NCBI GenBank assembly: GCA_020637435.1
Contig: JACJVW010000003.1
Span: 4,787 to 68,786 of the forward strand
Length of the DNA: 64,000 nucleotides
Direction of reading: 5' to 3'
From: Candidatus Woesearchaeota archaeon
GTDB taxonomy: Archaea > Nanobdellota > Nanobdellia > Woesearchaeales > JACJVW01
Part shown: in pieces, positions 49,530 to 57,570 of the stretch
How positions within the stretch are numbered: position 1 is the first letter of the stretch
How the letters are laid out: the number at the start of each line of letters is the position of its first letter
Translations under genes and position numbers: made by a program
Notes under the pieces: model-generated
Databases searched by the model: none
Seen by the model: the letters and a program-made list of their open reading frames with translations, nothing else
Told to the model about the DNA's origin: nothing

Positions 49530-49693
49530 GACGGTCCACCTCAGTGTTGCTTTCTAGTAAGAATATTATATATGACAACCAGTATATAAATGTTACTAAT
49601 TTGTATACTGAGTTAAGTTTTTGTATACTATTTCGTTGCTCCTGAATGGTGACTACTCTTCTTTAAATAACAATTTTGCAGGAAAAGCCCCAT

Positions 49694-50164
49694 ATGGCTA
49701 GTGATGATTCTCTGCAGATTGTTATTTTCAGGCTTCATGAGGAGTATTACGGAGTCAATATCCGGGATGTTATTGAGATCCACAAGGAAGCACCCATGAC
49801 GAATGTACCTAATTCAAAACCGTTTATCGACGGAGTCATCAATCTGCGAGGTAAAATAGTAGTCATCGTGGATCTGAATACGATGCTCAATATGGAACGT
49901 ACTGAACAGACGAGAAAGTCAAGGATTATCGTTATGGAGTCAGAGGGGGACCCGGTAGGCATGAAGGTGGATGAAGTCATAGAGACTGTTGTGATAGCCA
50001 AGGATGATATCCAGGCACCACCTTCTGTGATACGTGAGCGCATCAATGATGATTATATACAGGGAATAATCACGATCAAAGATCGGTTGGTGGTACTTTT
50101 GGATAATGTAAGCCTGTTCCAAGCGGATATAACTGAAGAGGTGGATGCAAGTGGAGGACAGTAA
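49694..50164 (+). CDS. cheW: chemotaxis coupling protein CheW
   Basis: IFRL..E.YG, VP......GVINLRG.IV.IVDL, G..VD.V. Confidence 0.93.
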   Translation: MASDDSLQIVIFRLHEEYYGVNIRDVIEIHKEAPMTNVPNSKPFIDGVINLRGKIVVIVDLNTMLNMERTEQTRKSRIIVMESEGDPVGMKVDEVIETVVIAKDDIQAPPSVIRERINDDYIQGIITIKDRLVVLLDNVSLFQADITEEVDASGGQ

Positions 50165-50666
50165 ACGGATAGTGCTTTTTACACTCGGCTCTGAACTCTT
50201 TGGTTGTGATATTTCGCATGTGCTTGAGATTATGAAGGTCAGGCCTTATACAGCGATACCTGGCGCATCAGAGTATGTAGAGGGTGTCATCAATATTCGT
50301 GGGCAGATAGTGGCTGTAGTCAATCTAGCCAAGAAACTTGGTTTCCCCCAGACTGATGACCTTAACAGAGCAAGAGTTATCGTCTGTGATGTAGGAAAAG
50401 ACTCTATCGGATTTCAGGTGGATGCAGTCAAAGAGGTCATGACGCTTGAGACGGGTGAGATCAAGTCACCGCCTGGAGTCATCCAGAAAAAAATAAGGTC
50501 TGAGTACCTGGAAGGTATCTATATCGACGGGGATAATCTGATAATCCTTGTGGACCTTCTTGCGCTTGTTACGGCTGAGGAACTAAATACTCTTGGCGGA
50601 ACCATGGCGCCTACGTCACCTAAGGAGATCTATGACGAGATCAATAAAGTGATGAAAGATCAGTAA
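50145..50666 (+). CDS. cheW: chemotaxis coupling protein CheW (second copy)
   Basis: FTLGSELFG, IP..S.YVEGVINIRGQI..V.NL, GFQVD.V. Confidence 0.93.
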   Translation: MQVEDSKRIVLFTLGSELFGCDISHVLEIMKVRPYTAIPGASEYVEGVINIRGQIVAVVNLAKKLGFPQTDDLNRARVIVCDVGKDSIGFQVDAVKEVMTLETGEIKSPPGVIQKKIRSEYLEGIYIDGDNLIILVDLLALVTAEELNTLGGTMAPTSPKEIYDEINKVMKDQ

Positions 50667-50743
50667 GCTCTGGTTCAAGTTCTTATTGAAGTGGCAACGC
50701 ATGTTTTGTAGACTGAGTGTCTGTTCACTTGATAAATGCACGA

Positions 50744-51180
50744 AGCCTGGTACACAGACCGAACAAGTTCGTTCTTGCCTTGCTCACTCTCTTCGCAAGG
50801 GATCGTTCGGTTGGCATTGCAATTTCTCCACTATTCTATGTTAAAACTTATAAAGAGATGAACAAGAACTTAGCTATTATGGGCTTGTAGCTCAGCCTGG
50901 TATACAGACCGAACAAGTTCGTTCTTACCTTGCTCATTCCATTCGCAAGGGATCGCTCGGTTGGCATTGCAATTTCTCCACTATTCTATGTTAAAACTTA
51001 TAAAGAGATGAACAAGAACTTAGCTATTATGGGCTTGTAGCTCAGCCTGGTATACAGACCGAACAAGTTCGTTCTTACCTTGCTCACTCTCTTCGCAAGG
51101 GATCGTTCGGTTGGCATTGCAATTTCTCCACTATTCTATGTTAAAACTTATAAAGAGATGAACAAGAACTTAGCTATTAT
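50744..51180 (+). repeat. about 3 x 150-bp tandem repeat of promoter plus tRNA-Ala 5' half with a D-loop hairpin insert
   Basis: GGGCTTGTAG recurs at 50881, 51031 and 51181; the first unit is truncated at 50744. Confidence 0.95.
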
Positions 51181-51276
51181 GGGCTTGTAGCTCAGCCTGG
51201 TAGATCGCTCGGTTGGCACAATCATCATCTGATTCCAAAGATCGAGAGGCCGCGGGTTCAAATCCCGCCAAGTCCA
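51181..51276 (+). tRNA. tRNA-Ala(GGC) with 22-nt intron (51219-51240)
   Basis: G3:U70 pair, GGC at 51215-17, perfect BHB (TTGG/CCAA, AATC/GATT); C11/T24 mismatch in the D-stem. Confidence 0.92.
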
Positions 51277-51285
51277 TATTTTTTC

Positions 51286-51450
51286 TTACTTTAATTTGCT
51301 TATGATGCCTTTGACGAATTCTTCGTATCTTACTTCGGCTGCAAGCATGGCAACATCCGGACTAGGAATGCCTTCTACATGGTCGATATGTTTGAGATGC
51401 TCAGTTAACAGTTTTCTGATGAGTTCCTTTTCGTTTGCTGTTAGCGTCAT
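51286..51450 (-). CDS. 54-aa hypothetical protein
   Basis: MTLTANEKELIRKLL...; GGTGA SD; manual translation. Confidence 0.6.
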   Translation of the reverse strand: MTLTANEKELIRKLLTEHLKHIDHVEGIPSPDVAMLAAEVRYEEFVKGIISKLK

Positions 51451-51485
51451 ATGTATCACCCATAGTGCATAAAGATTTGATAGTA

Positions 51486-52223
51486 TTATAATCTTGTGGG
51501 TGTGAGTATGTAGCCTTTGTCAAGGTCGCCGAAGATAGTGCATTTTTTTGGGTTTTTCCAGTAGAAGAAGACGATGTAGGCGCACAACAAAGCATCGATT
51601 TGGTCTTCATAGTCTTTTAATGCCCTGCCCCTCATCCCTATAACTTTTTGCTTGAGAAAATCACACGGAAGCAGTTTGTAGAAGGCATTTTGATATTCTT
51701 TAAAGGCCTGCCACCTGCTTTCATAGGTTCGGCCGGGTTTGTTCTTATAGGGGATTATCTTATCCCTTCTAAAGAGTGTAATGGTGGCGGGATGAGGGAA
51801 TACTTCGTAGAATCTTTTACCTGACTCTTTTGGTTTATTCAGGAAGCTTTGGGTGAACTTCCTCTGTTCCAGGGCAATGCTGATGTCTTCACCTCTAATT
51901 GACCCAGTCCAGCTTGAGAGGCGCTTTCTGTTGGCAGGGTGTGCGCCCGCATGGTGTTTTCTGAATTCTTTGTTGAGGAGCTGTTCTCCCGGGCGGGAAC
52001 CATCTTCGTTGGGTACGATGAGAGGCGCATCGATACCAATAATCGTAGGACTCTTTTGTATGATGCTAAATATGGTCTTAAGGATATTTGCATCGGAATC
52101 ATGGATAGAGATATGGACTATCTGCAAATGCTCATTAATAATTGCGACACCAGATGGGTTCCTGTTGGACCAGGCAAGATCAAGACCTACGAAAAACATA
52201 TACTTAATCCGAATAGCCTTCAT
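51486..52223 (-). CDS. DUF429-family predicted RNase H-like nuclease
   Basis: VGLDLAWS...SGVA, IGIDAPL, EVFPHP, DQIDALLCA. Confidence 0.88.
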   Translation of the reverse strand: MKAIRIKYMFFVGLDLAWSNRNPSGVAIINEHLQIVHISIHDSDANILKTIFSIIQKSPTIIGIDAPLIVPNEDGSRPGEQLLNKEFRKHHAGAHPANRKRLSSWTGSIRGEDISIALEQRKFTQSFLNKPKESGKRFYEVFPHPATITLFRRDKIIPYKNKPGRTYESRWQAFKEYQNAFYKLLPCDFLKQKVIGMRGRALKDYEDQIDALLCAYIVFFYWKNPKKCTIFGDLDKGYILTPTRL

Positions 52224-52309
52224 ATTTATGAATTGTGTGCTGTTGTTTTAAGCCTTAAAACCGAAGTACTATGACAGATTTAATAGTATGATCACAATCT
52301 AAAGGTCAC

Positions 52310-52762
52310 ATGTATGATATTACAGATATACCGGACCTTGGATCTCTTTCGATAGCGTATAAGGGTGCCCCAAATTCTTATCTATTGGCTTATGGCACCG
52401 CCGTATTGATACGTGAAAGTGGATATTCATTAGATGATGCAGCTAAGCTTGTCAGTACATTTCGTGATATGGAGTATGAGCCAAGACAGGTGGCAAGGGG
52501 AGTTGAGATCCTTCTAGGCGAGGATAGGGGTCGAAGCATCGGTGATATCATCGACGTTACGGAGCGTGTAAAGAAATACACTACCTGGTCTTGCAGCCCC
52601 TCGAATATCGCATATGCTGTTGTTGATGCCCTAAAGACGGGAGAGTCTACAGAGCGAATATTACGTGCTATCGACTGCAGAGGGCAGCATACCTCGCGGA
52701 TGCAAAACCTATTCGGTCGTGGCGCAAATGGGGTTGTAAAATACCTCGGTGATTGCCTCTGA
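52310..52762 (+). CDS. hypothetical protein
   Basis: 150-aa ORF. Confidence 0.55.
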   Translation: MYDITDIPDLGSLSIAYKGAPNSYLLAYGTAVLIRESGYSLDDAAKLVSTFRDMEYEPRQVARGVEILLGEDRGRSIGDIIDVTERVKKYTTWSCSPSNIAYAVVDALKTGESTERILRAIDCRGQHTSRMQNLFGRGANGVVKYLGDCL

Positions 52763-52811
52763 TTGAAAAATCTTTTAAATGCATGATTTCTCGCTTTAGA
52801 TTATTGACTTT

Positions 52812-52924
52812 GGGGCTGTAGTGTAGCTTGGACGTAGTAATGCTGCGTATCGCAGCATTGCTAGGGAGCAATATCACTGGCGGTTCGGGGCCGCCCAACC
52901 GGAGTTCGAATCTTCGCAGTCCCA
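52812..52924 (+). tRNA. tRNA-Pro(CGG) with 40-nt D-loop intron (52832-52871)
   Basis: GGGGCTG/CAGTCCC acceptor, GGCGG/CCGCC anticodon stem, CGG at 52886-88; GCTT/GAGC central helix with 3-nt bulges. Confidence 0.88.
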
Positions 52925-53090
52925 TACAAAACCATTTAATTTAAAAATTAGAAAAAGCAAAGGGTCGTAGTAAGTAGCACCACAGCATCTAGATAACGAT
53001 GCTTAGTTTGTTTGCACAAACTGTAAGCTCAGTAGACAAGCTAGTGGGTTTCTTCGCTAGCGCTCATCAAGCCCAGGAAAATCAGATATT

Positions 53091-53243
53091 GGGGCCGTAG
53101 TGTAGCCTGGAGTTGATCACAGCTGTGGTCATCGGGTACCTATCACTGGAGCTCGGGGTTCGTAGCGCAAATGCGCTGTGCTTCCAAGAAAGCACATAAC
53201 GTACGGACAGCTTCTAACCGGAGTTCGAATCTCCGCGGTCCCA
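53091..53243 (+). tRNA. tRNA-Pro(GGG) with D-loop intron (53111-53139) and 50-nt anticodon-loop insertion (53159-53208)
   Basis: GGGGCCG/CGGTCCC acceptor, GGAGC/GCTTC anticodon stem, GGG at 53155-57; position 33 is C. Confidence 0.75.
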
Positions 53244-53482
53244 TATTTCTTCCTCTGGAATCAGCAATAGAACTCCAGAGTTCGAATTGTTGAGGTTTCC
53301 TCAACATAGACACGGTTTTTCCGTGGCGTACTCCCGCGGTCCCATATTTTTTCCTCTGGAATCAGCAATAGAACTCCAGAGTTCGAATTGTTGAGGTTTC
53401 CTCAACATACCTTGTGTTAACAAGGTTCGAGACTTCAGTTGAAGAAGACATGGTTTCTCCGTGGCGTACTCCCGCGGTCCCA
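53244..53482 (+). repeat. two tRNA-Pro 3'-end copies with T-loop hairpin cassettes (101 and 138 bp)
   Basis: Units 53244-53344 and 53345-53482; the second carries extra hairpins. Confidence 0.92.
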
Positions 53483-53534
53483 TATTCTTTTCTATTATAT
53501 AAGTGCAAAAGAACTGAACAAAAAGTAAATGAAA

Positions 53535-54131
53535 TTATTTTCTTAAATCCTTATCAAATGAAAGAATCAGATCACCGACATGATAAGCTTCTATGGCGCT
53601 ACGGCTACTATCTTGTTTAACACCACCTAGGTGATACTCTTTTTCTCCGTCTAAAGGATATTTTTCCACCAAGTCTGTTCGACCATCCAATTTACCAAAT
53701 GGATGACCATCATGTACAAACCATTCGATGCCATCTCTCTTTGCTTTAACAGTATGTTGGTCCTTTGTAGAAGAACTATTGAGAATCTTAATTTCAATTG
53801 GCTTTCGCGGATTGATCTCCAAATCGTAAGCAAGTAGCTCTTGTGCAATAGCATAAGCCTCTTTAGTTGCGGGGTTGCTGTCTTCTTTAACACCCCCACG
53901 ATAGGGGAACCATGTATTCTCATCTGGATGTCTATCGACTCTGTCGACTTTTCCATCGTAAGGACCGAAAGGATAGCCATCGTGTGCTCTCCAGTCTTCA
54001 CCATCTCGGGTCGCGATAACATAATGCATTGCATCGTTATTTGTGCTGCCGCTTATCTTGATCTCTGGTGCTTCAGAAGCATTGACTGAAGCTGCTAGGA
54101 TAATTCCTGTGAGTGTTATCATCGGTTTCAT
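53535..54131 (-). CDS. secreted protein with two tandem copies of an unknown domain of about 85 aa
   Basis: Signal peptide; EIKI...A.RDG.W..HDG.PFG..DG..D.V...P......GGVK.DS...EAY occurs twice. Confidence 0.75.
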   Translation of the reverse strand: MKPMITLTGIILAASVNASEAPEIKISGSTNNDAMHYVIATRDGEDWRAHDGYPFGPYDGKVDRVDRHPDENTWFPYRGGVKEDSNPATKEAYAIAQELLAYDLEINPRKPIEIKILNSSSTKDQHTVKAKRDGIEWFVHDGHPFGKLDGRTDLVEKYPLDGEKEYHLGGVKQDSSRSAIEAYHVGDLILSFDKDLRK

Positions 54132-54196
54132 TGTCTGTGTCTAGAATACTAAGCAGATTATAAACTTAACTATAGTCATTACTTGGAAGGGACTAT

Positions 54197-54853
54197 TTAC
54201 CTTGATCTATTTACTCCGACACGATTACAGTGCTCAAACAGTGCGCATTTACTGCAATGCGGGCTTGTTGGTGTGCAGATGCTCTGGCCCCAGGTGACGA
54301 AGACGCGGTTGATTTCTTTCCACCATCTAATGGGGGCTTTTTTTCTAAGCGCCATCTCGGTGTCAAAAGGTGTTTTAGTTCGGACATAGCCAAGTCTGTT
54401 GGTTATTTTGTGCACATGAGTGTCAACACAGATGGCTGGTTTTTCAAATGCAACGGCTACGACGAGATTTGCTGTCTTGCGGCCAACACCGGGTAGCTCG
54501 ACAAGCTCTTCGACAGTGTCAGGGATAATGCCTCCGAATTTCTCATCGAGAACGTCTGGAAGCTGCTTGAGGAATTTTGCTTTGTTCTTGTAGAAGCCGA
54601 CAGGGAAGATTAGTTTTTCGATTTCTGGAATTGAGTATTTTCGAAAGTCTGCAGGTGATTTGACGGTCTTGAAGAGGCGCTCTGAGACTGAACCAGTGGT
54701 CTCGTCTTTCGTTCGTGCGCTGAGTATGGTTGCGATGAGCACTTTGAATGGGTCGTTTGTCTGGATTTTAATGAGGTCTACAACCGGAACATGTAGTTTA
54801 TCGCATTCCATGATGAGAATTTGCATGACTTGGTCTATGTCTACCTTCTTCAT
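54197..54853 (-). CDS. nth: endonuclease III
   Basis: LSARTKD, HhH LPGVGRKTAN, VDTHV, C-X6-C-X2-C-X5-C Fe-S motif. Confidence 0.97.
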   Translation of the reverse strand: MKKVDIDQVMQILIMECDKLHVPVVDLIKIQTNDPFKVLIATILSARTKDETTGSVSERLFKTVKSPADFRKYSIPEIEKLIFPVGFYKNKAKFLKQLPDVLDEKFGGIIPDTVEELVELPGVGRKTANLVVAVAFEKPAICVDTHVHKITNRLGYVRTKTPFDTEMALRKKAPIRWWKEINRVFVTWGQSICTPTSPHCSKCALFEHCNRVGVNRSR

Positions 54854-54878
54854 AGAATATCAACAAAGGGTTCCGCAT

Positions 54879-55003
54879 ATTAACCTTTCTGTCAAGAATG
54901 ATGTTCTGACAGAATCTAAATTATTTATATGCTTTTAATTAGAATTTTATTGTTGCAAGATTCTGTCAGAATTCTTTTCCGTACATTCTTGACAAAGGTT
55001 AAT
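54879..55003. repeat. nested inverted repeats containing TTCTG-N-CAGAA palindromes
   Basis: Perfect 14-bp IR at 54904-17/54958-71; outer IR of about 20 bp at 54879-900/54984-55003 with a 2-nt bulge. Confidence 0.8.
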
Positions 55004-55014
55004 AAGCAAAATAT

Positions 55015-55272
55015 TTAGTTGATGGCTACACCAGTGCCGATAGCCTGACCTGGCATTCCTTTTTCGAAAAGCACTCGAATTGCACCTTTCTTGCCGTGAG
55101 CAGAGCGGACTTCACCTTTGATGTCTCGCTTAGCGGGGCTGGTCCAGGTAACTGTCTTTCCGACAAGCTTCTCAGCTTTCTCGCGGGAATCGACGGTCTC
55201 TGGAAGAACAATCATCTGATTATTCGTCTGCGTGGTCACGCCTCGTTTATAGTTGATAATGACTCCTTTCAT
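55015..55272 (-). CDS. rpl35ae: 50S ribosomal protein L35Ae (eL33)
   Basis: GVIINYKRG, LVGK.V.W, G.V...HG..G.IRV.FEKGMPGQAIG. Confidence 0.96.
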   Translation of the reverse strand: MKGVIINYKRGVTTQTNNQMIVLPETVDSREKAEKLVGKTVTWTSPAKRDIKGEVRSAHGKKGAIRVLFEKGMPGQAIGTGVAIN

Positions 55273-55443
55273 AGGACTCCAGAAACTCTAGCCCCTTTAA
55301 AAAGGTTGTTATTTAATGCACGAGACGCGATGTCTGCAGGAAATCTCATTTACCCTCAATATGGTTTCAGATCTTCTTGGTGGGATCTTATCCTTCTTTT
55401 TAAAAACGGATGATTTATTAAGGAGTGGAACCAGTATTGCACT

Positions 55444-56001
55444 ATGGCGGAAGCCGCGATGCCAGAAAAGGGGGACTATGAGATTTACGACCGGAAAAAT
55501 CCAGGTGTGCTACTCCATGGTTTCTTCGCGTTGCTGCTGACTATCATCTATCTAGTTATATACTATCAGATATTCATCCTGGAGCTTGATGTTGGTTCTC
55601 ATGAGTCGTTGTCTTTCATCCTGAGCATCGCCAGTATATTTATGGTGATTTCGTTATATCTTTATTACACGTTCTTTAGTCATGTTTTACAGTATTTTTC
55701 TCATCGACCAAGATTGCTGTTCAATAAATCTGGTATCTATCTTCGTATGCACGGGGTCAAATCCTGGTTCATCGCCTGGAGCAGGATAGCGTCGATAGGT
55801 ATCGAGTCCAAATATATAGGTCTGGATTCAGCGGTGGGTACGATGCCAGCTTTGACCATTAGGTATAGTCAGAACGAAGTGCCTCCTAAATCCCTTCAAA
55901 GTGGTATCGGCAGTGAAGGTGAAGTGTATTTCTGGCTTAAGGATATACGGACAATCCCTGAGCAGATTGACGTTATACGGGGCCGTTTTCTTGAAAACTA
56001 A
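55444..56001 (+). CDS. two-TM membrane protein with PH-like cytoplasmic domain
   Basis: Two TM helices then L.F...GI...I.W..I..IG pattern. Confidence 0.65.
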   Translation: MAEAAMPEKGDYEIYDRKNPGVLLHGFFALLLTIIYLVIYYQIFILELDVGSHESLSFILSIASIFMVISLYLYYTFFSHVLQYFSHRPRLLFNKSGIYLRMHGVKSWFIAWSRIASIGIESKYIGLDSAVGTMPALTIRYSQNEVPPKSLQSGIGSEGEVYFWLKDIRTIPEQIDVIRGRFLEN

Positions 56002-56040
56002 TATATAGTAGTGATGCTGTATATACATCGGTGAATAGAG

Positions 56041-56598
56041 GTGCTTGAGGACTGGCCAAAATTTACGAATGACACCTACGTGGTCAGATTACCCCGTAAG
56101 GGGGGCAGGTTGGTATTAGTGACTCTAGTGAATCTTGTTCTGATCGGGGTCGCTTCTACGCTCATTACTGGTGGTATCAAGGGCTGGAATATCAATCCTA
56201 TGGTGCTATATGGCATCACTTCGATGATCGTCGCACTTGAGCTCATGGCATTATTCTTTTTCATAAAGACTTTGCAGGATTATCTTATTCCTCATACTAT
56301 GATCTGCGCCGCTAAAGAGGCCTTGTTCCTAGGTATAGACGGTTCGAAAGCCTATCGCATAAGCTATGATACTATAGGTGGTGTCGGTGCTGAGACAAAA
56401 AATCTTACTCAGAAGAAAGGAACAGTTGAAGAACAGGCAGTTGTCATTCGATTCCAGACAGAAGATATGCCTGCCATCGTAAGAAACGCTTATAGTGATA
56501 CGGAAGGTGAGATATATTTCTTCCAGCACATGCTCGATAGGCCTGTCGACGAGGTTGCGAACAAACTCACCAGCAAGATCAGTAGTTATTCGTTCTGA
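56041..56598 (+). CDS. two-TM membrane protein, paralog of upstream gene
   Basis: Same layout; shared EGE(I/V)YF motif near the C-terminus. Confidence 0.65.
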   Translation: MLEDWPKFTNDTYVVRLPRKGGRLVLVTLVNLVLIGVASTLITGGIKGWNINPMVLYGITSMIVALELMALFFFIKTLQDYLIPHTMICAAKEALFLGIDGSKAYRISYDTIGGVGAETKNLTQKKGTVEEQAVVIRFQTEDMPAIVRNAYSDTEGEIYFFQHMLDRPVDEVANKLTSKISSYSF

Positions 56599-57563
56599 TG
56601 AAAATGATATATGTTGTCATGCTTTTGTTCCTGTTTATAGCAGGGTGTGAAAATGAAGTTCTTTTAGAGGATGCAGATGGATGGGTTCATTATCCTGAAC
56701 CAATATTCTCCGGGCAGCATCCTTTGATTGGAGATCCATCAGTTATTCCTTATCAGGATGGTTTTTTGATGTCTTATACCTGTTTTGATGTATATGGTAA
56801 GCCGCAAGGTGGTGAGATATGCCTGGCGATCTCTAAGAATGGCACAAAATGGGATATTGTGGAGAACGGTGAGAAGGTAAAGGGTCGGATTACGTTTGAT
56901 AGTGAATGGGCAGATGCCCATGAGACTTCATTCTTGCTTGAGACCAAAGATACTTACTATGTCTATGCAATTGGCTATTTGGATGAAGGTGGGTTCTTTA
57001 ATTCGAAGAGTAAGATGGGTCTTTGGGTTTCTGAAGATGGGATGTCTTATACACCTTATAGCAAGAAGCCTATATTGGAACCTTCACCTGAGGGCTATGA
57101 TTCTGATGGTCTTACAAGTCCTTCGATACTTGAGCTGGATGATGGCTATGTTATGCTGTATGCAGGTTTTTGCCTAGCAACGTGTCAGCGTACTCCGGGT
57201 GTGTATTTGCTTACTGCAAGTTCGAGTGATGGTATTGAATGGGAAAAGGCTCCTGAGCCATTGCTGCACAATGTCTCCTGGTCACCAGTTGGGCTTGGGG
57301 AGCCTGAACTGACCTATTCTGATGGCACGTATACTATTTATTTCACTTCTACTGAAAATCCGCATGCAATTGGTATCGCAACCAGCAATTCCTTGAGCGG
57401 CCCCTGGAATATCTCTGAAGCTCCAATACTGGTCAGTACTGGTTCTGCCTGGGATAAAGAGGGTGTTATTGCACCTTCAGTCTTAAATAAGGATGGTAAG
57501 ACTCATGTCTGGTTTCATGGGATGGGGAAGAAATCTATAGAGATCGGATATGCACACAATTGA
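56598..57563 (+). CDS. lipoprotein-like five-bladed beta-propeller glycoside hydrolase family protein
   Basis: IAGC lipobox-like signal; GDPSV, SPSI, EPEL and APSV blade motifs; repeated S.DG..W. Confidence 0.75.
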   Translation: MKMIYVVMLLFLFIAGCENEVLLEDADGWVHYPEPIFSGQHPLIGDPSVIPYQDGFLMSYTCFDVYGKPQGGEICLAISKNGTKWDIVENGEKVKGRITFDSEWADAHETSFLLETKDTYYVYAIGYLDEGGFFNSKSKMGLWVSEDGMSYTPYSKKPILEPSPEGYDSDGLTSPSILELDDGYVMLYAGFCLATCQRTPGVYLLTASSSDGIEWEKAPEPLLHNVSWSPVGLGEPELTYSDGTYTIYFTSTENPHAIGIATSNSLSGPWNISEAPILVSTGSAWDKEGVIAPSVLNKDGKTHVWFHGMGKKSIEIGYAHN

Positions 57564-57570
57564 TTGTTGA

